From Cellvibrionales bacterium (GTDB lineage Bacteria > Pseudomonadota > Gammaproteobacteria > Pseudomonadales > UBA7434), in NCBI GenBank assembly GCA_041941365.1, contig JBGTQK010000004.1, forward strand, positions 132,598 through 196,597: a stretch of DNA of 64,000 nucleotides, read 5' to 3'. The notes under the pieces were generated by a model. That model saw only the letters and a list, made by a program, of their open reading frames with translations. It made no database searches and had not been told where the DNA came from. Of the stretch, positions 38,939-49,054 are shown one piece after another (positions within the stretch are counted from its first letter, which is position 1; every line of letters begins with the position of its first letter). The translations under genes were made by a program, and so were the position numbers.

Positions 38939-39502
38939 ATGTCTCTTATCAACACAGAAATTAAGCCATTCACTGCTGAAGCATTTGTTAATGGTGAGTT
39001 TAAAACAGTTACTAGCGAAGATGTAAAAGGTAAGTGGTCTATCTTTTTATTTTATCCTGCTGACTTTACGTTTGTTTGCCCGACAGAGCTAGAAGATATG
39101 GCAAATCAATATGCAGAATTACAGGGTTTAGGTGTTGAGGTTTATGCAGTGTCAACAGATACACACTTTACGCACAAAGCATGGCACGATACTAGTGAAG
39201 CGATTGGTAAAATCAATTACCCAATGTTGGGTGATCCAACAGGAACAATCTCACGCAACTTTGAAGTAATGATTGAAGAAGAAGGTTTGGCATTACGTGG
39301 AACTTTTCTGGTAAATCCAGAAGGTATTATCAAAGTTTGTGAAATTCATGACCTTGGTATCGGTCGTTCTGCAAAAGATATGGTGCGAAAAGTGAAAGCT
39401 GCACAGTATGTTGCAAACAACGACGGAGAAGTATGTCCAGCGGCATGGGAAGAAGGAGAAAAAACACTGACTCCTAGCCTTGATCTAGTTGGCAAAATCT
39501 AA
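38939..39502 (+). CDS. ahpC: Alkyl hydroperoxide reductase peroxiredoxin subunit AhpC
   Basis: Peroxidatic motif [10 protein letters not shown] and resolving-Cys motif GEVCPAAW. 187 aa. Confidence 0.97.
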   Translation: MSLINTEIKPFTAEAFVNGEFKTVTSEDVKGKWSIFLFYPADFTFVCPTELEDMANQYAELQGLGVEVYAVSTDTHFTHKAWHDTSEAIGKINYPMLGDPTGTISRNFEVMIEEEGLALRGTFLVNPEGIIKVCEIHDLGIGRSAKDMVRKVKAAQYVANNDGEVCPAAWEEGEKTLTPSLDLVGKI

Positions 39503-39628
39503 TTACTTAGAAACGTGTTTAGACCTGCCATTATTTATTAGAGGCAGATCCATGATAAGAGTGGCAGGTTTAAACCACAGTTTAAAATAATCAGTTAAAT
39601 TCTTTTTATTATTAACAGAGGTATAACC

Positions 39629-41239
39629 ATGATTACACAAGAATTGAAGCAGGCCATTAGTCAGTATGCTGAATCTATGCAGAAAACGGTTACCTTTGTT
39701 TTGCAAGAAGGAGTGCATAGTAAGCGTGAAGAACTTGTACAGTTTTTACAAGATATAGCCAGTGCGACAGATAAAATTGAATTTGTCGAGAGAGATACCA
39801 GTGAGCACAATCAGGTTAACGAGAAGTTGAGAAGTCCATTAAGCTTTTTGCTTGAAGTTGAAGATAAGTCTACAGGTATTATTTTTTCAGGTATACCATC
39901 AGGACATGAGTTCAATTCATTAATATTGGCTGTTCTAAATAGCGGGGGATCACCCTCAAAACTTGATCCCAATATTCAAAAATCTATATCTACAATTACT
40001 GAAAAATTGCACTTTGAGGTTTTTGTCAGTTTAAGTTGTCATAATTGCCCGGAAGTAGTCCAGGCACTAAATGCATTTACTTTGTTGAATAATAATATTT
40101 CTTCGGAAATGATTGATGGTGGCTTATATTCATCGTTAGTTGAAGAGCGAGGTATTCAAGGCGTTCCAACTGTTTACTTAAATGGAGAGATTTTTGCTAA
40201 CGGTAAAATTGATTCAGCGCAATTATTCTCAAAATTACAAGAAAAATACAATATGGCAGTTTCTAAGTCTGAACAATTACCTCTTCAGGATGTAACTGTT
40301 GTAGGGGGTGGTCCAGCTGGTGTAAGTGCTGCTATCTATAGTGCTAGAAAAGGTTTGCATGTTACTTTAGTAGCTGATCGTGTTGGCGGCCAGCTTAATG
40401 ACACTTTAGGTATTGAAAATTATATTGCTACCAGCAAAACAACAGGCCAAGCACTTACGGGTAATCTATTGGAACATATGAATGATTACGAGATTACATT
40501 GAAAGAAGGTTTATATGTTGACTCAATCGAGAAAGGAGCAATTAAAACCATCATGCTTTCTTCTGGAGAGATCATAAAGACTAAATCCGTTATTATAGCT
40601 ACAGGCGCTCGTTGGCGTGAGCTTGGTGTTCCCGGAGAGAAAGAGAACGTAGGTAATGGTGTGGCTTACTGCCCTCATTGCGATGGCCCATTCTTTAAAG
40701 GAAAAGATGTAGCTGTTATTGGCGGTGGAAACTCCGGAATCGAAGCAGCGTTAGATTTAGCTGGCATTGTTAAATCAGTTACAGTATTTGAGTTTATGCC
40801 AGAATTAAAAGCAGATAAAGTTTTGATAGAGCAAGCTGAAGCGAGAGGCAATATTTCGATATTGAAAAATGTGGCTGTGAGTGAAATTACAGCTGAGAAT
40901 GGAAAAGTCAATGGTTTGGTCTATGAAGAAAGAGATAGTAAGAAAACTCAGAACCAGGCTTTAACAGGTGTATTTGTTCAAATTGGGTTGGTTCCAAATT
41001 CGCAATTTCTTAAAGAAACAGTTGAGTTAAGTCAGTACGGAGAAGTAATTATTGATGAACGTTGTAATACTTCCGAACAAGGAATCTTTGCCTGTGGTGA
41101 TGTAACTACTGTGCCCTACAAACAGATTGTTATTGCTGCAGGTGAAGGCGCCAAAGCATCTCTGTCAGCATTTGAATATTTGTTAAAATCTGGAGATGGT
41201 TTGGTTGAGGATGCTGAAACGGTAGAAAATGCAGCTTAA
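39629..41239 (+). CDS. ahpF: Alkyl hydroperoxide reductase flavoprotein subunit AhpF
   Basis: N-terminal [15 protein letters not shown] motif [12 protein letters not shown], and redox centre [13 protein letters not shown]. Confidence 0.95.
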   Translation: MITQELKQAISQYAESMQKTVTFVLQEGVHSKREELVQFLQDIASATDKIEFVERDTSEHNQVNEKLRSPLSFLLEVEDKSTGIIFSGIPSGHEFNSLILAVLNSGGSPSKLDPNIQKSISTITEKLHFEVFVSLSCHNCPEVVQALNAFTLLNNNISSEMIDGGLYSSLVEERGIQGVPTVYLNGEIFANGKIDSAQLFSKLQEKYNMAVSKSEQLPLQDVTVVGGGPAGVSAAIYSARKGLHVTLVADRVGGQLNDTLGIENYIATSKTTGQALTGNLLEHMNDYEITLKEGLYVDSIEKGAIKTIMLSSGEIIKTKSVIIATGARWRELGVPGEKENVGNGVAYCPHCDGPFFKGKDVAVIGGGNSGIEAALDLAGIVKSVTVFEFMPELKADKVLIEQAEARGNISILKNVAVSEITAENGKVNGLVYEERDSKKTQNQALTGVFVQIGLVPNSQFLKETVELSQYGEVIIDERCNTSEQGIFACGDVTTVPYKQIVIAAGEGAKASLSAFEYLLKSGDGLVEDAETVENAA

Positions 41240-41257
41240 AAAAGCTGGATTATTATC

Positions 41258-42472
41258 TTACTTTCTTTTTGTAGCTAAAAATTCTGCAAATTTATTTATA
41301 GCATTTTCTAACACGTCAACAGTGGGTAAAAATACAATTCTCAAGTGGTTTTTGCTTTGTAAATTGAAAGCTGTGCCTTGTACCAGAAGTATTTTTTGTT
41401 CAAGCAACAAATCAAGTGCGAATTGTTCATCATCCTCGATCTCATACATATTTTCATCGAGTTTTGGGAAAAGATAGATTGAACCTTTAGGCTTTACGCA
41501 GCTTACGCCGGGTAGTGATGTAAGTCTATCATAGGCGAGATCGCGTTGCGCTCCAAGCCTGCCTGTGGGTAAAACCAGATCATTAATGCTCTGGTATCCA
41601 CCTAACGCAGTCTGTATGGCGTATTGAGCGGGTACATTTGCACATAAACGCATTGATGATAGGATATCAAGTCCTTCAATAAAATCTTTTGCTTGAGATT
41701 TTCGACCTGAAATAGACATCCAGCCAGATCGAAAACCTGCCAGGCGATATGATTTGGATAATCCATTGAAAGACAAGCAAAGCGTATCTTTTGCAAGTGT
41801 TGCTAAACGAGTGTGCTTAACTCCGTCATAAAGAATTCGATCATAAATTTCATCAGCACATAGCACGATTTTATTTTCGCTAGCAATATCTGCAAGCTCT
41901 TGTAAAACTTCGTTTGAGTAAACTGCACCAGTTGGGTTGTTAGGATTAATTACGACAATTGCTTTGGTTCTGTCTGTAATTTTGTTTCGTATATCGTCTA
42001 TATCTGGTTGCCATTCAGCTTGTTCGTCACAGATATAGTGAATCGCTTTGCCCCCACAGAGTGAAACGGCAGCTGTCCACAGAGGGTAATCAGGGGTAGG
42101 AATCAATACTTCATCACCATTATTTAATAGTGCTTGCATTGTCATAACAATGAGTTCACTCACTCCATTCCCCAAATAGATATCTTCAATATTGATATCT
42201 TTCATACCGTGTAATTGCCAATCCTGCATTATGGATTTGCGAGCAGAGTACAAACCTTTTGAGTCGCAATAGCCCTGAGCATCTGGTAAATTGGCAATAA
42301 CGTCTTGTAAAATTTCATCAGGAGTCATTAGCCCAAATGGAGCAGGGTTACCAATATTCAGTTTTAGAATACGGTGCCCTTCATCTTCCAGGCGATTTGC
42401 TTCGCGCAGAACAGGTCCACGAATGTCATAGCAGACATCTTGTAATTTTTGAGATTTATTTACTTTGATCAT
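41258..42472 (-). CDS. alaA: PLP-dependent glutamate-pyruvate aminotransferase AlaA-like
   Basis: Collinear with E. coli AlaA as I recall it: KLQDVCYDIRGPVLREANRLE, KLNIGNPAPFG, the PLP-Lys motif NGLSKSYRLAGFRSGW, and MRLCANVPAQYAIQTALGGYQSI. Confidence 0.88.
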   Translation of the reverse strand: MIKVNKSQKLQDVCYDIRGPVLREANRLEDEGHRILKLNIGNPAPFGLMTPDEILQDVIANLPDAQGYCDSKGLYSARKSIMQDWQLHGMKDINIEDIYLGNGVSELIVMTMQALLNNGDEVLIPTPDYPLWTAAVSLCGGKAIHYICDEQAEWQPDIDDIRNKITDRTKAIVVINPNNPTGAVYSNEVLQELADIASENKIVLCADEIYDRILYDGVKHTRLATLAKDTLCLSFNGLSKSYRLAGFRSGWMSISGRKSQAKDFIEGLDILSSMRLCANVPAQYAIQTALGGYQSINDLVLPTGRLGAQRDLAYDRLTSLPGVSCVKPKGSIYLFPKLDENMYEIEDDEQFALDLLLEQKILLVQGTAFNLQSKNHLRIVFLPTVDVLENAINKFAEFLATKRK

Positions 42473-42604
42473 CGTATGTGTTGATATTCAACAGTCCTGT
42501 TTTTACTCAAGAGTCAATTGATTATAGACTTCGTACAAGATACTTGGCGATGTAATATCTACAAAGCAGAGTATTTAGCTCTTTTTAAATCAAGAGGTGT
42601 AATT

Positions 42605-43030
42605 TTGAATAAACCAGATTTGAATCAGAATGACAAAATCAGAAAAACAGATGCTGAGTGGCGAGTCGAATTAAATGATCATGAGTTTGAAATAACACGC
42701 CAAAAAGGGACTGAACGAGCATTTACTGGTGAATATTATGCTCATAAGGAAAAAGGGACTTATCTTTGTCGTTGTTGCGCTAAACCATTATTTAATTCTA
42801 CTGAAAAATATGATTCAGGGTCCGGCTGGCCAAGTTTCTATCAGCCGGTCGATACCCGGTCTATCGATGAAAAACTGGATACAAGTCATGGAATGCATCG
42901 AACAGAGATAACCTGTTCTAATTGTGATGCACATTTGGGGCATGTATTTACTGATGGTCCACAACCAACAGGATTGCGTTATTGTGTTAATTCAGCGTCC
43001 TTGCAGTTTTCAGCAGAAGAAAAATCATAA
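42605..43030 (+). CDS. msrB: Peptide-methionine (R)-S-oxide reductase MsrB
   Basis: Two Zn CxxC pairs ([21 protein letters not shown]), GWPSF, and catalytic RYCVNS. I prefer the TTG at 42605 (GAGGTG RBS) over the longer ORF starting at 42518. Confidence 0.9.
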   Translation: MNKPDLNQNDKIRKTDAEWRVELNDHEFEITRQKGTERAFTGEYYAHKEKGTYLCRCCAKPLFNSTEKYDSGSGWPSFYQPVDTRSIDEKLDTSHGMHRTEITCSNCDAHLGHVFTDGPQPTGLRYCVNSASLQFSAEEKS

Positions 43031-43038
43031 AGAAGCTT

Positions 43039-43836
43039 ATGTCAATAAAGCCATTGCCTTATCTTTATATTCCGTGTCAAAGTGAAGTTGAAATTAATAA
43101 TAAAAAAACAGTTGTTTTGATTCATGGTTTATTTGGTTCTGCAAAAAACCTGACTTCAATTGCGAGGAAATTATCAGATAATTTTGAGGTGTACGCATTG
43201 GACCTTCCGAATCATGGTAATGCAGATACAATGAAGAAAGCCACGCTTTATAATATGGCTAGTCACTTATTCAATCAGTTAGATCAACTCTCTATTGGCC
43301 AGGTTTATATAATGGGGCATTCTCTTGGCGGAAAGGTTGCAATGACAATGGCTCTGCATTATCCAGAGCGAGTGAAAAAGCTTTGTGTAGCAGATATTTC
43401 TCCTGTGGCTTATCCACCAAGGCATGATGATATTTTTCATGCATTATTTTCCGTTGATTTAACGCAGTTAAAAGATAGGAAAACAGCTGATGAGAATTTA
43501 AAACAATATATTAATGAGCAGGCGACTCGAGCTCTGATGTTACAGAATTTAAAAAAAGGTGATAAGGGGTTTAGCTGGCGATTTGACGTTCAGGCACTTT
43601 CTGACAATTATCAGCATTTCATTGCAGAGGTGTATCAAGCAGAACAAAAGTATTCGCTGCCTGTTTTATTTATTGGCGGTGGTAAATCAGATTATATTTT
43701 GGCAGATCATCAAACTGCAATAAAACAGTTATTTCCTAATGCTCAATATCGAGAAATACCAGACACAGGTCACTGGCTTCATGCAGAAAAGCCAGAGGTC
43801 TTTTCTGCACTTGTTTCCCGTTTTTTTCTTCATTAA
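43039..43836 (+). CDS. Alpha/beta hydrolase (YbfF-like esterase)
   Basis: VVLIHGLFGS, nucleophile elbow GHSLGG, and a C-terminal His (DTGHWLHAEKP). Confidence 0.8.
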   Translation: MSIKPLPYLYIPCQSEVEINNKKTVVLIHGLFGSAKNLTSIARKLSDNFEVYALDLPNHGNADTMKKATLYNMASHLFNQLDQLSIGQVYIMGHSLGGKVAMTMALHYPERVKKLCVADISPVAYPPRHDDIFHALFSVDLTQLKDRKTADENLKQYINEQATRALMLQNLKKGDKGFSWRFDVQALSDNYQHFIAEVYQAEQKYSLPVLFIGGGKSDYILADHQTAIKQLFPNAQYREIPDTGHWLHAEKPEVFSALVSRFFLH

Positions 43837-44212
43837 GAACATCTATTTTGTCTAAAAAATACACTTTTTTACGTCTGGCTAGTGTAAAGATATTTAAGCA
43901 TTTTTTTGATTGTCAATAAAATCAATAGCTTAGCTATAAGACTTAATATAAGCTCATTAATTTTTTACTTGAATAAATGTAAAAAGTTTAATACGATTTA
44001 AATCCCCTTGGCTCCAATACATAAATTGAACGGGAAGCGTTTAAAAAAATGTGTATTGGACATTAACTCATTGATATTTATACACTATTTATAGATTGTA
44101 TAAATGAGAGTTATCTTTTCAGTCCTGTTTTACGCCTTTTTACATGCGTTTCTTATGTTTTCTCGTTCTAATGGACAAGAAAACCTGATGTTTTATCGAG
44201 GGGGTAAAACCA

Positions 44213-45046
44213 ATGCAGATTACTATTTTAACTATAAGATCAATTTCTTATTTATGCCTTTTTGCTTGCTTGGGTTTGGTAAGTAGTGCTTTGTCAGCGG
44301 CTACTGTCACTGTAAGTTCTTACGATAATACGGCAAGCCCTGCTATTTACGATACAACGACACTCAATGCCTATTCAAATTCGGATGTTATTGTAAATGA
44401 TACTTCGTTAGGTACAGTAGGTGAGAATAATGGCGAAGAGTTAATATTTATTGGTGCATCAGAGAGTTTTAGATTTAATAATGAGGGAGAACGTTATATC
44501 GACATTAATTTATTTAATGCGAATGATCAAATTACGGGTGGAGTTTCATTTGTACTTTCTTCAGCCGAAGATATGATCTGGAATTTTAATCTGGGAAATC
44601 CAGAGGCAAGTAAAATTGATATCAATAACATTTATATTCTGGCTCAAAAAGATCAAACGGTAAATATATTGGGTGAAACGCTCACTTTCAAAGAAGATGA
44701 GTACATTGTTAATGAAATATTTAGTGTGGAGCAAACTTTAATACAACGTGCAATCAAAATTTGTGGTTATTCATTACCGTATAATGGTGGTGGATGCAAT
44801 ACAGATCAGTTATTAGGTTTACCAAATCAAACCATTAATTTTCAAGATACTAATCCTTGGAATAAAAATGAATTAGGTAATATAACTTCTAACAAAGTGA
44901 CTAGCTTTAATGGATCGCTTTATGTAGATGAAGTGAATGTCACAATAGATACTAGCCCGATACCAGTTCCAGCTTCATTTTTATTATTTTTAACCAGTAT
45001 TTTAGGTTTAATAACTTTAAAGAAAAAATCAAAATTTAATTTATGA
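44213..45046 (+). CDS. Secreted hypothetical protein with PEP-CTERM/VPLPA-CTERM-like C-terminal sorting tail
   Basis: Signal peptide (LCLFACLGLVSSALSAA). C-terminal tripartite tail PIPVPAS-FLLFLTSILGLITL-KKKSK. GAGGGGG RBS. The stop overlaps the tpsB start (ATGA). Confidence 0.6.
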   Translation: MQITILTIRSISYLCLFACLGLVSSALSAATVTVSSYDNTASPAIYDTTTLNAYSNSDVIVNDTSLGTVGENNGEELIFIGASESFRFNNEGERYIDINLFNANDQITGGVSFVLSSAEDMIWNFNLGNPEASKIDINNIYILAQKDQTVNILGETLTFKEDEYIVNEIFSVEQTLIQRAIKICGYSLPYNGGGCNTDQLLGLPNQTINFQDTNPWNKNELGNITSNKVTSFNGSLYVDEVNVTIDTSPIPVPASFLLFLTSILGLITLKKKSKFNL

Positions 45047-46818
45047 TATTTACTATTAATTTAAAATCGATTAAACAGTTTATTCGTCCATACTTGCTAC
45101 TTACATTATTGGTAAGTGGGAATAGTATTGCGCAAGATATCTCACCCGGTGCACAACAGCCAGCTCAAGAAATAGCACCTATTGAAGTTCCTTCTGATAG
45201 ACCAGTTTATGAATTACCTTCTCCTGATAAAAGGGATAAGGCGTTAGACGATGAACAAATTATTGAAATAGGAAAAGTTAATTTTTTTTATAACAGCGAT
45301 AAAAAAAATACAAATGCAGAAGAAAGTATAGTTAATGAGCATCGAGAAAAAGCAGTCGATCTTGCTGAGCAATTTTTAAGAGCAAAAGAAAATCAATTAA
45401 CTTTTGAAGACCTGGAGCTACTTGCTCAAACAATAACATTATATTTTAGAGAGCAAGGTTATTTACTTTCTCGGGTTGTATTGCCACCGCAAAAAATCAA
45501 AGACAATAAATTACGCCTTGACGTTTATGAGGGAGTTATTGAGGATATTGCTGTCGAAAAAAATAGTTTTTATGCTGCAAAACAGTTGAGCAATGCTATA
45601 TTGTCTGAAAAAGGTAAAGTTGTTAAAGAAAAAAATATTGTATCCCATATGCTTAGAATAAATGATATGCCTGGCCAACAAGCTGTGGCGTTATTCAAGC
45701 CGGGTAAAAATGTGGGAACAACACTCTTGACTGTAAAATCAGTTGAAGAAAAACCACTAGCCTTTAGAGCTCGTGTAGACAATTATGGTAATGAGTCAAC
45801 AGGTGAATTACGTTTATTGCTAGGTTCTACAGTCAATAATATAACAGGTAATATTGATAAGCTCTCTGTTGATTTTATTCAGACTTTTGATAAAGGCGAT
45901 TTAAAAAACGCAAGAATCAATTATGAAATTACCCATCCTGATCTGATTCATACCTTTGGTTTGTTTTATAGTGAAACCCGGTACGATATTGAGCGATTTG
46001 CTCCAGACGGAGCAAGAGGGGATACGGAAATTGCCGAGGCTTATTTACATTCAAGCTGGTTGCGTGGTCAGTTTAGAAATTTTAGTACTCATGTCGGCCT
46101 TTCTACCAAACGAGCTGAATCTATCGATACCGGTTTTGATGGCATAGATCGTTTAACAGTTGCATCTTTATATGCAAATTGGGATAACGTAGATAGACGT
46201 TTCCGTGGAGTACAACAGTTTACATTAGGTTTACATCAGGGAATTGATGACTTTATTGGTTCTATGGATACAACCGGAAATCAAAATAGCCTTGGAAGAG
46301 TTCCTCCCGGGGTGCAAGAGTTGTCTGGACGTTTTGAAAAAATATCAGCAAATTATAGTCGTTTACAATACATATCTCGTAACCATAACTTGCTTTTAAG
46401 ACTGGCTGGACAATATACAAACGACATTATTTCTTCGTTAGAAAAAATGAGTCTGGGCGGTGGTTATAGTGTAAGAGCTTATCCAGTAGGAGAATACGTT
46501 GCAGAAACTGCGAGTTTTGCAAGTCTGGAATGGATAATAAATGCTGGACTCATTTCTGATGCCGTCGTTTTTAATGAATACACATTGGGCGAACTGCTTG
46601 AATTTTCTGTTTTCACTGATTATGGATGGGGCAAAAACCGCAACTTTGATAATAGTATTACGCGTCGTGAACTAAAAGGTTCCGGTGTTGGCATGCAATT
46701 TTCATTGCCGGATAATGAATTCTATATCAGATTATCGGCAGCAAAACCCTTAGGAAATGAAACAGCTATAAATGGCGATGATGAACAATACTGGTTTGCC
46801 ATAGGAGCAAACTTTTAA
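45043..46818 (+). CDS. ShlB/FhaC/HecB-family two-partner-secretion outer-membrane transporter (TpsB)
   Basis: Signal peptide and POTRA-like N-terminal region (LRLDVYEGVIEDIAVE). Barrel motif LGGGYSVRAYPVGEY and C-terminal aromatic residue. 591 aa. Confidence 0.85.
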   Translation: MIFTINLKSIKQFIRPYLLLTLLVSGNSIAQDISPGAQQPAQEIAPIEVPSDRPVYELPSPDKRDKALDDEQIIEIGKVNFFYNSDKKNTNAEESIVNEHREKAVDLAEQFLRAKENQLTFEDLELLAQTITLYFREQGYLLSRVVLPPQKIKDNKLRLDVYEGVIEDIAVEKNSFYAAKQLSNAILSEKGKVVKEKNIVSHMLRINDMPGQQAVALFKPGKNVGTTLLTVKSVEEKPLAFRARVDNYGNESTGELRLLLGSTVNNITGNIDKLSVDFIQTFDKGDLKNARINYEITHPDLIHTFGLFYSETRYDIERFAPDGARGDTEIAEAYLHSSWLRGQFRNFSTHVGLSTKRAESIDTGFDGIDRLTVASLYANWDNVDRRFRGVQQFTLGLHQGIDDFIGSMDTTGNQNSLGRVPPGVQELSGRFEKISANYSRLQYISRNHNLLLRLAGQYTNDIISSLEKMSLGGGYSVRAYPVGEYVAETASFASLEWIINAGLISDAVVFNEYTLGELLEFSVFTDYGWGKNRNFDNSITRRELKGSGVGMQFSLPDNEFYIRLSAAKPLGNETAINGDDEQYWFAIGANF

Positions 46819-46877
46819 TCATTTATATGAATGATAAACCAATGCTAACAGGTTGTAAGTGTGGCGAGGTAATTAAC

Positions 46878-49040
46878 ATGAAACTTTACAAAAATATTTT
46901 AGATAAGCTTTTTGCAGTTTATTTGTCGTTATTATTATGTTTTTCTACGGTAGCGTATGCTTTGCCATCCGATCAATCGGGGAATGTAACTTCTAATGAT
47001 GGAGCAACTTATTCGGTAGGCACTAATGCGAACACTGCAGTTGTTAATGTTGTTCAGGATAAAAGTGTCGTTAATTTTAATAATGATGGTTTTAATATTG
47101 GAGCAGGAGAAACCTTAACAGTAAGTGCACCAGTGAATGGTTGGAGTGCTTTATTTAAGGATAATAGTGGCAATAGAAGTGAGATATTTGGTAGTTTAAA
47201 TGGTAATGTCAGGGTGTTTTTAGTCAATGATAATGGCATTTTGTTTGGCGCTAATTCGCAAGTGAATTTACCCGCTTTAATAGCAAGTACACTCACAATA
47301 GACGAAAGTATATTTAAGAATTTTGATTTTGAAAATGCCAGTGATTTTGAAAAGTTGTTTTCTAATGGCGTCGCAAATGGAACGATAGAAGTATTGGGTC
47401 TCGATTTTATCGGTGATCAATTAGTCTTGATTTCTAAAGACATAGAATTTAATGGTGATATCAATACAGTAGGGGATTTAATTGCTCTTGCAGGTGATGA
47501 AGTATCAATGGCAATAGGTTCTAATAATTTACTTCAATTTGATATATCTGAAGGTTTAGGTTCAGTAGATGGAACGAGTGCAATCACTGTAACAGAAACA
47601 GGGAGTATCGTTGCAGATAATGTAGCTTTACAGGCAAAGTTGACTGACCCTGCTCTCATCGGTGTGAATAATAAAGGAGTGATTTCTGCAAATGGTGTAA
47701 GTGTTAGTGATTCTGGAGAGATTATGTTGACATCACATAACGGCACTTTAAAAAATATGGGCGAATTAAATGCTAACACTACATCAATGGAGGCAAGAGA
47801 AGTTGCTTTAGTTTCTGGAAGTAGTATTAACGGAACGGAATTATCTGTGGTTATTGGTGAAACAGATGGTTCTGTAAATAGTGGAATAGTAATAGGTAAA
47901 TTGACAGTTGATCAAAATGCCAATTTTAATTTGGACTCCATCGATGTTGATGGACGTGGTGATGTTAATCAGATAATTGGTTTTGCAAACTATATTATTG
48001 ACGGCATTAATAGTGGAACGGCTGCGTTTTCAGGGGTAGGTAGTTCAGGTTGGGATAATAACGGTGCTATTATTTTTAATAATGTAGCACAACTTATCGC
48101 TAATACTGAACAAGAAAATACAATATTAATTGCTGAAACTGGAGAATTAAGTACAAATGTTATTGGCCAGTCTAGTGTTTTAATTGGTGGAAGTTTAGAT
48201 GACACAGTTACCGTGTTAGGAAAAGTTGATTTGGTTTTTACTGGAGATAATGCTGATACAGTTATTATAGGGGAAAATGGAGAGATAGGTTTATTGGATG
48301 GAGGCGAAGCAAATTTCTTTGAAACAGATAAATTGATAGGCGCTAAAAACCCCAGTGATAACATTGCTGGTTCTGGAACTTCTGACAATGTATTAGCTTG
48401 GCAGAATATTGAAGTTGTAGAACCTGTTGATCCTGTTGATCCTGTTCCAGTTTTATCCGATCCTACTCCAAATGATCCAACCCCGGATATTCTTGCACCT
48501 ATACCAGAGTTCCCCACCTTATCATCTTCCACATCGGGTGACTTGGGTTTAATTGGTCAAGGCCCGGAGCTTAAAGTGCCTTGTGGATATGCCACTGATC
48601 TTACTCTTGAAGACAAGGCTTCACTAGCAGATGAGCGTGCTACGGCTAAAGCTGATGTTGTACCTACATTATGGGGAGACTGTAGTCTAACCCCTGAGCA
48701 GTTTGATTTAATCACTAGCATTATTCATTTTGATAATGATAGTCATAAAATCACTGATATAGCCGCTCTAAAACTTAACGCAGTTGCTAAAGCTTTTCGT
48801 GAGTCAAATATGTTTAATCGTATTGAGTTGGCAGGGCATACTGATGATAATGCCAGCGAGGCCTATAACGAGGCACTTGCAAAGCGTAGGGTAAAAGCAA
48901 CTGCTGAGTACCTTCTTGGCCAAGGTGTACTTGAGCAGGATATAGAGAGGTTCTCTTACGGAGAGCGGTTACCGGCTGTACCGAATGATTCAGCTGAAAA
49001 TCGAGCATATAACCGTCGGGTTACTATTGAATTAAATTAG
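46878..49040 (+). CDS. TPS-domain (filamentous-haemagglutinin N-terminal type) protein with C-terminal OmpA-like peptidoglycan-binding domain
   Basis: Signal peptide; TPS motifs VVNFNNDGFNIGAGETLTV and EIFGSLNGNVRVFLVNDNGILFGANSQVNLPALIASTL; a Pro-rich linker. OmpA_C motifs IELAGHTDDNASEAYNEALAKRRVKATAEYL and NRAYNRRVTIEL. I prefer the ATG at 46878 (GAGG RBS) over 46827. Confidence 0.8.
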   Translation: MKLYKNILDKLFAVYLSLLLCFSTVAYALPSDQSGNVTSNDGATYSVGTNANTAVVNVVQDKSVVNFNNDGFNIGAGETLTVSAPVNGWSALFKDNSGNRSEIFGSLNGNVRVFLVNDNGILFGANSQVNLPALIASTLTIDESIFKNFDFENASDFEKLFSNGVANGTIEVLGLDFIGDQLVLISKDIEFNGDINTVGDLIALAGDEVSMAIGSNNLLQFDISEGLGSVDGTSAITVTETGSIVADNVALQAKLTDPALIGVNNKGVISANGVSVSDSGEIMLTSHNGTLKNMGELNANTTSMEAREVALVSGSSINGTELSVVIGETDGSVNSGIVIGKLTVDQNANFNLDSIDVDGRGDVNQIIGFANYIIDGINSGTAAFSGVGSSGWDNNGAIIFNNVAQLIANTEQENTILIAETGELSTNVIGQSSVLIGGSLDDTVTVLGKVDLVFTGDNADTVIIGENGEIGLLDGGEANFFETDKLIGAKNPSDNIAGSGTSDNVLAWQNIEVVEPVDPVDPVPVLSDPTPNDPTPDILAPIPEFPTLSSSTSGDLGLIGQGPELKVPCGYATDLTLEDKASLADERATAKADVVPTLWGDCSLTPEQFDLITSIIHFDNDSHKITDIAALKLNAVAKAFRESNMFNRIELAGHTDDNASEAYNEALAKRRVKATAEYLLGQGVLEQDIERFSYGERLPAVPNDSAENRAYNRRVTIELN

Positions 49041-49054
49041 CATTCTAAATCGCT

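Noticed and set aside
39522-39550. Hairpin between ahpC and ahpF as an attenuator
   Set aside because: It is only an 8-bp stem with one mismatch and a 13-nt loop, with no U-tract. An alternative pairing with 39563-39567 is equally weak. Not convincing enough to annotate.
44104-44286. 60-aa ORF overlapping the start of the PEP-CTERM-like gene
   Set aside because: It has no RBS and is out of frame with the downstream ORF. That ORF has its own strong RBS and a bona fide signal peptide.
48421-48450. Tandem 9-bp repeat cctgttgat (about 2.5 copies) as a possible phase-variable or VNTR site
   Set aside because: The repeat is in-frame (PVD PVD PV) and has too few copies. It simply encodes the Pro-rich linker.
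47990-48532. 180-aa minus-strand ORF inside the TPS/OmpA gene (and 47054-47296, 47534-47779, 48814-49008)
   Set aside because: It is antisense to an ORF with clear TPS and OmpA motifs. It is low-complexity (S/G/T/P-rich) and has no start context.
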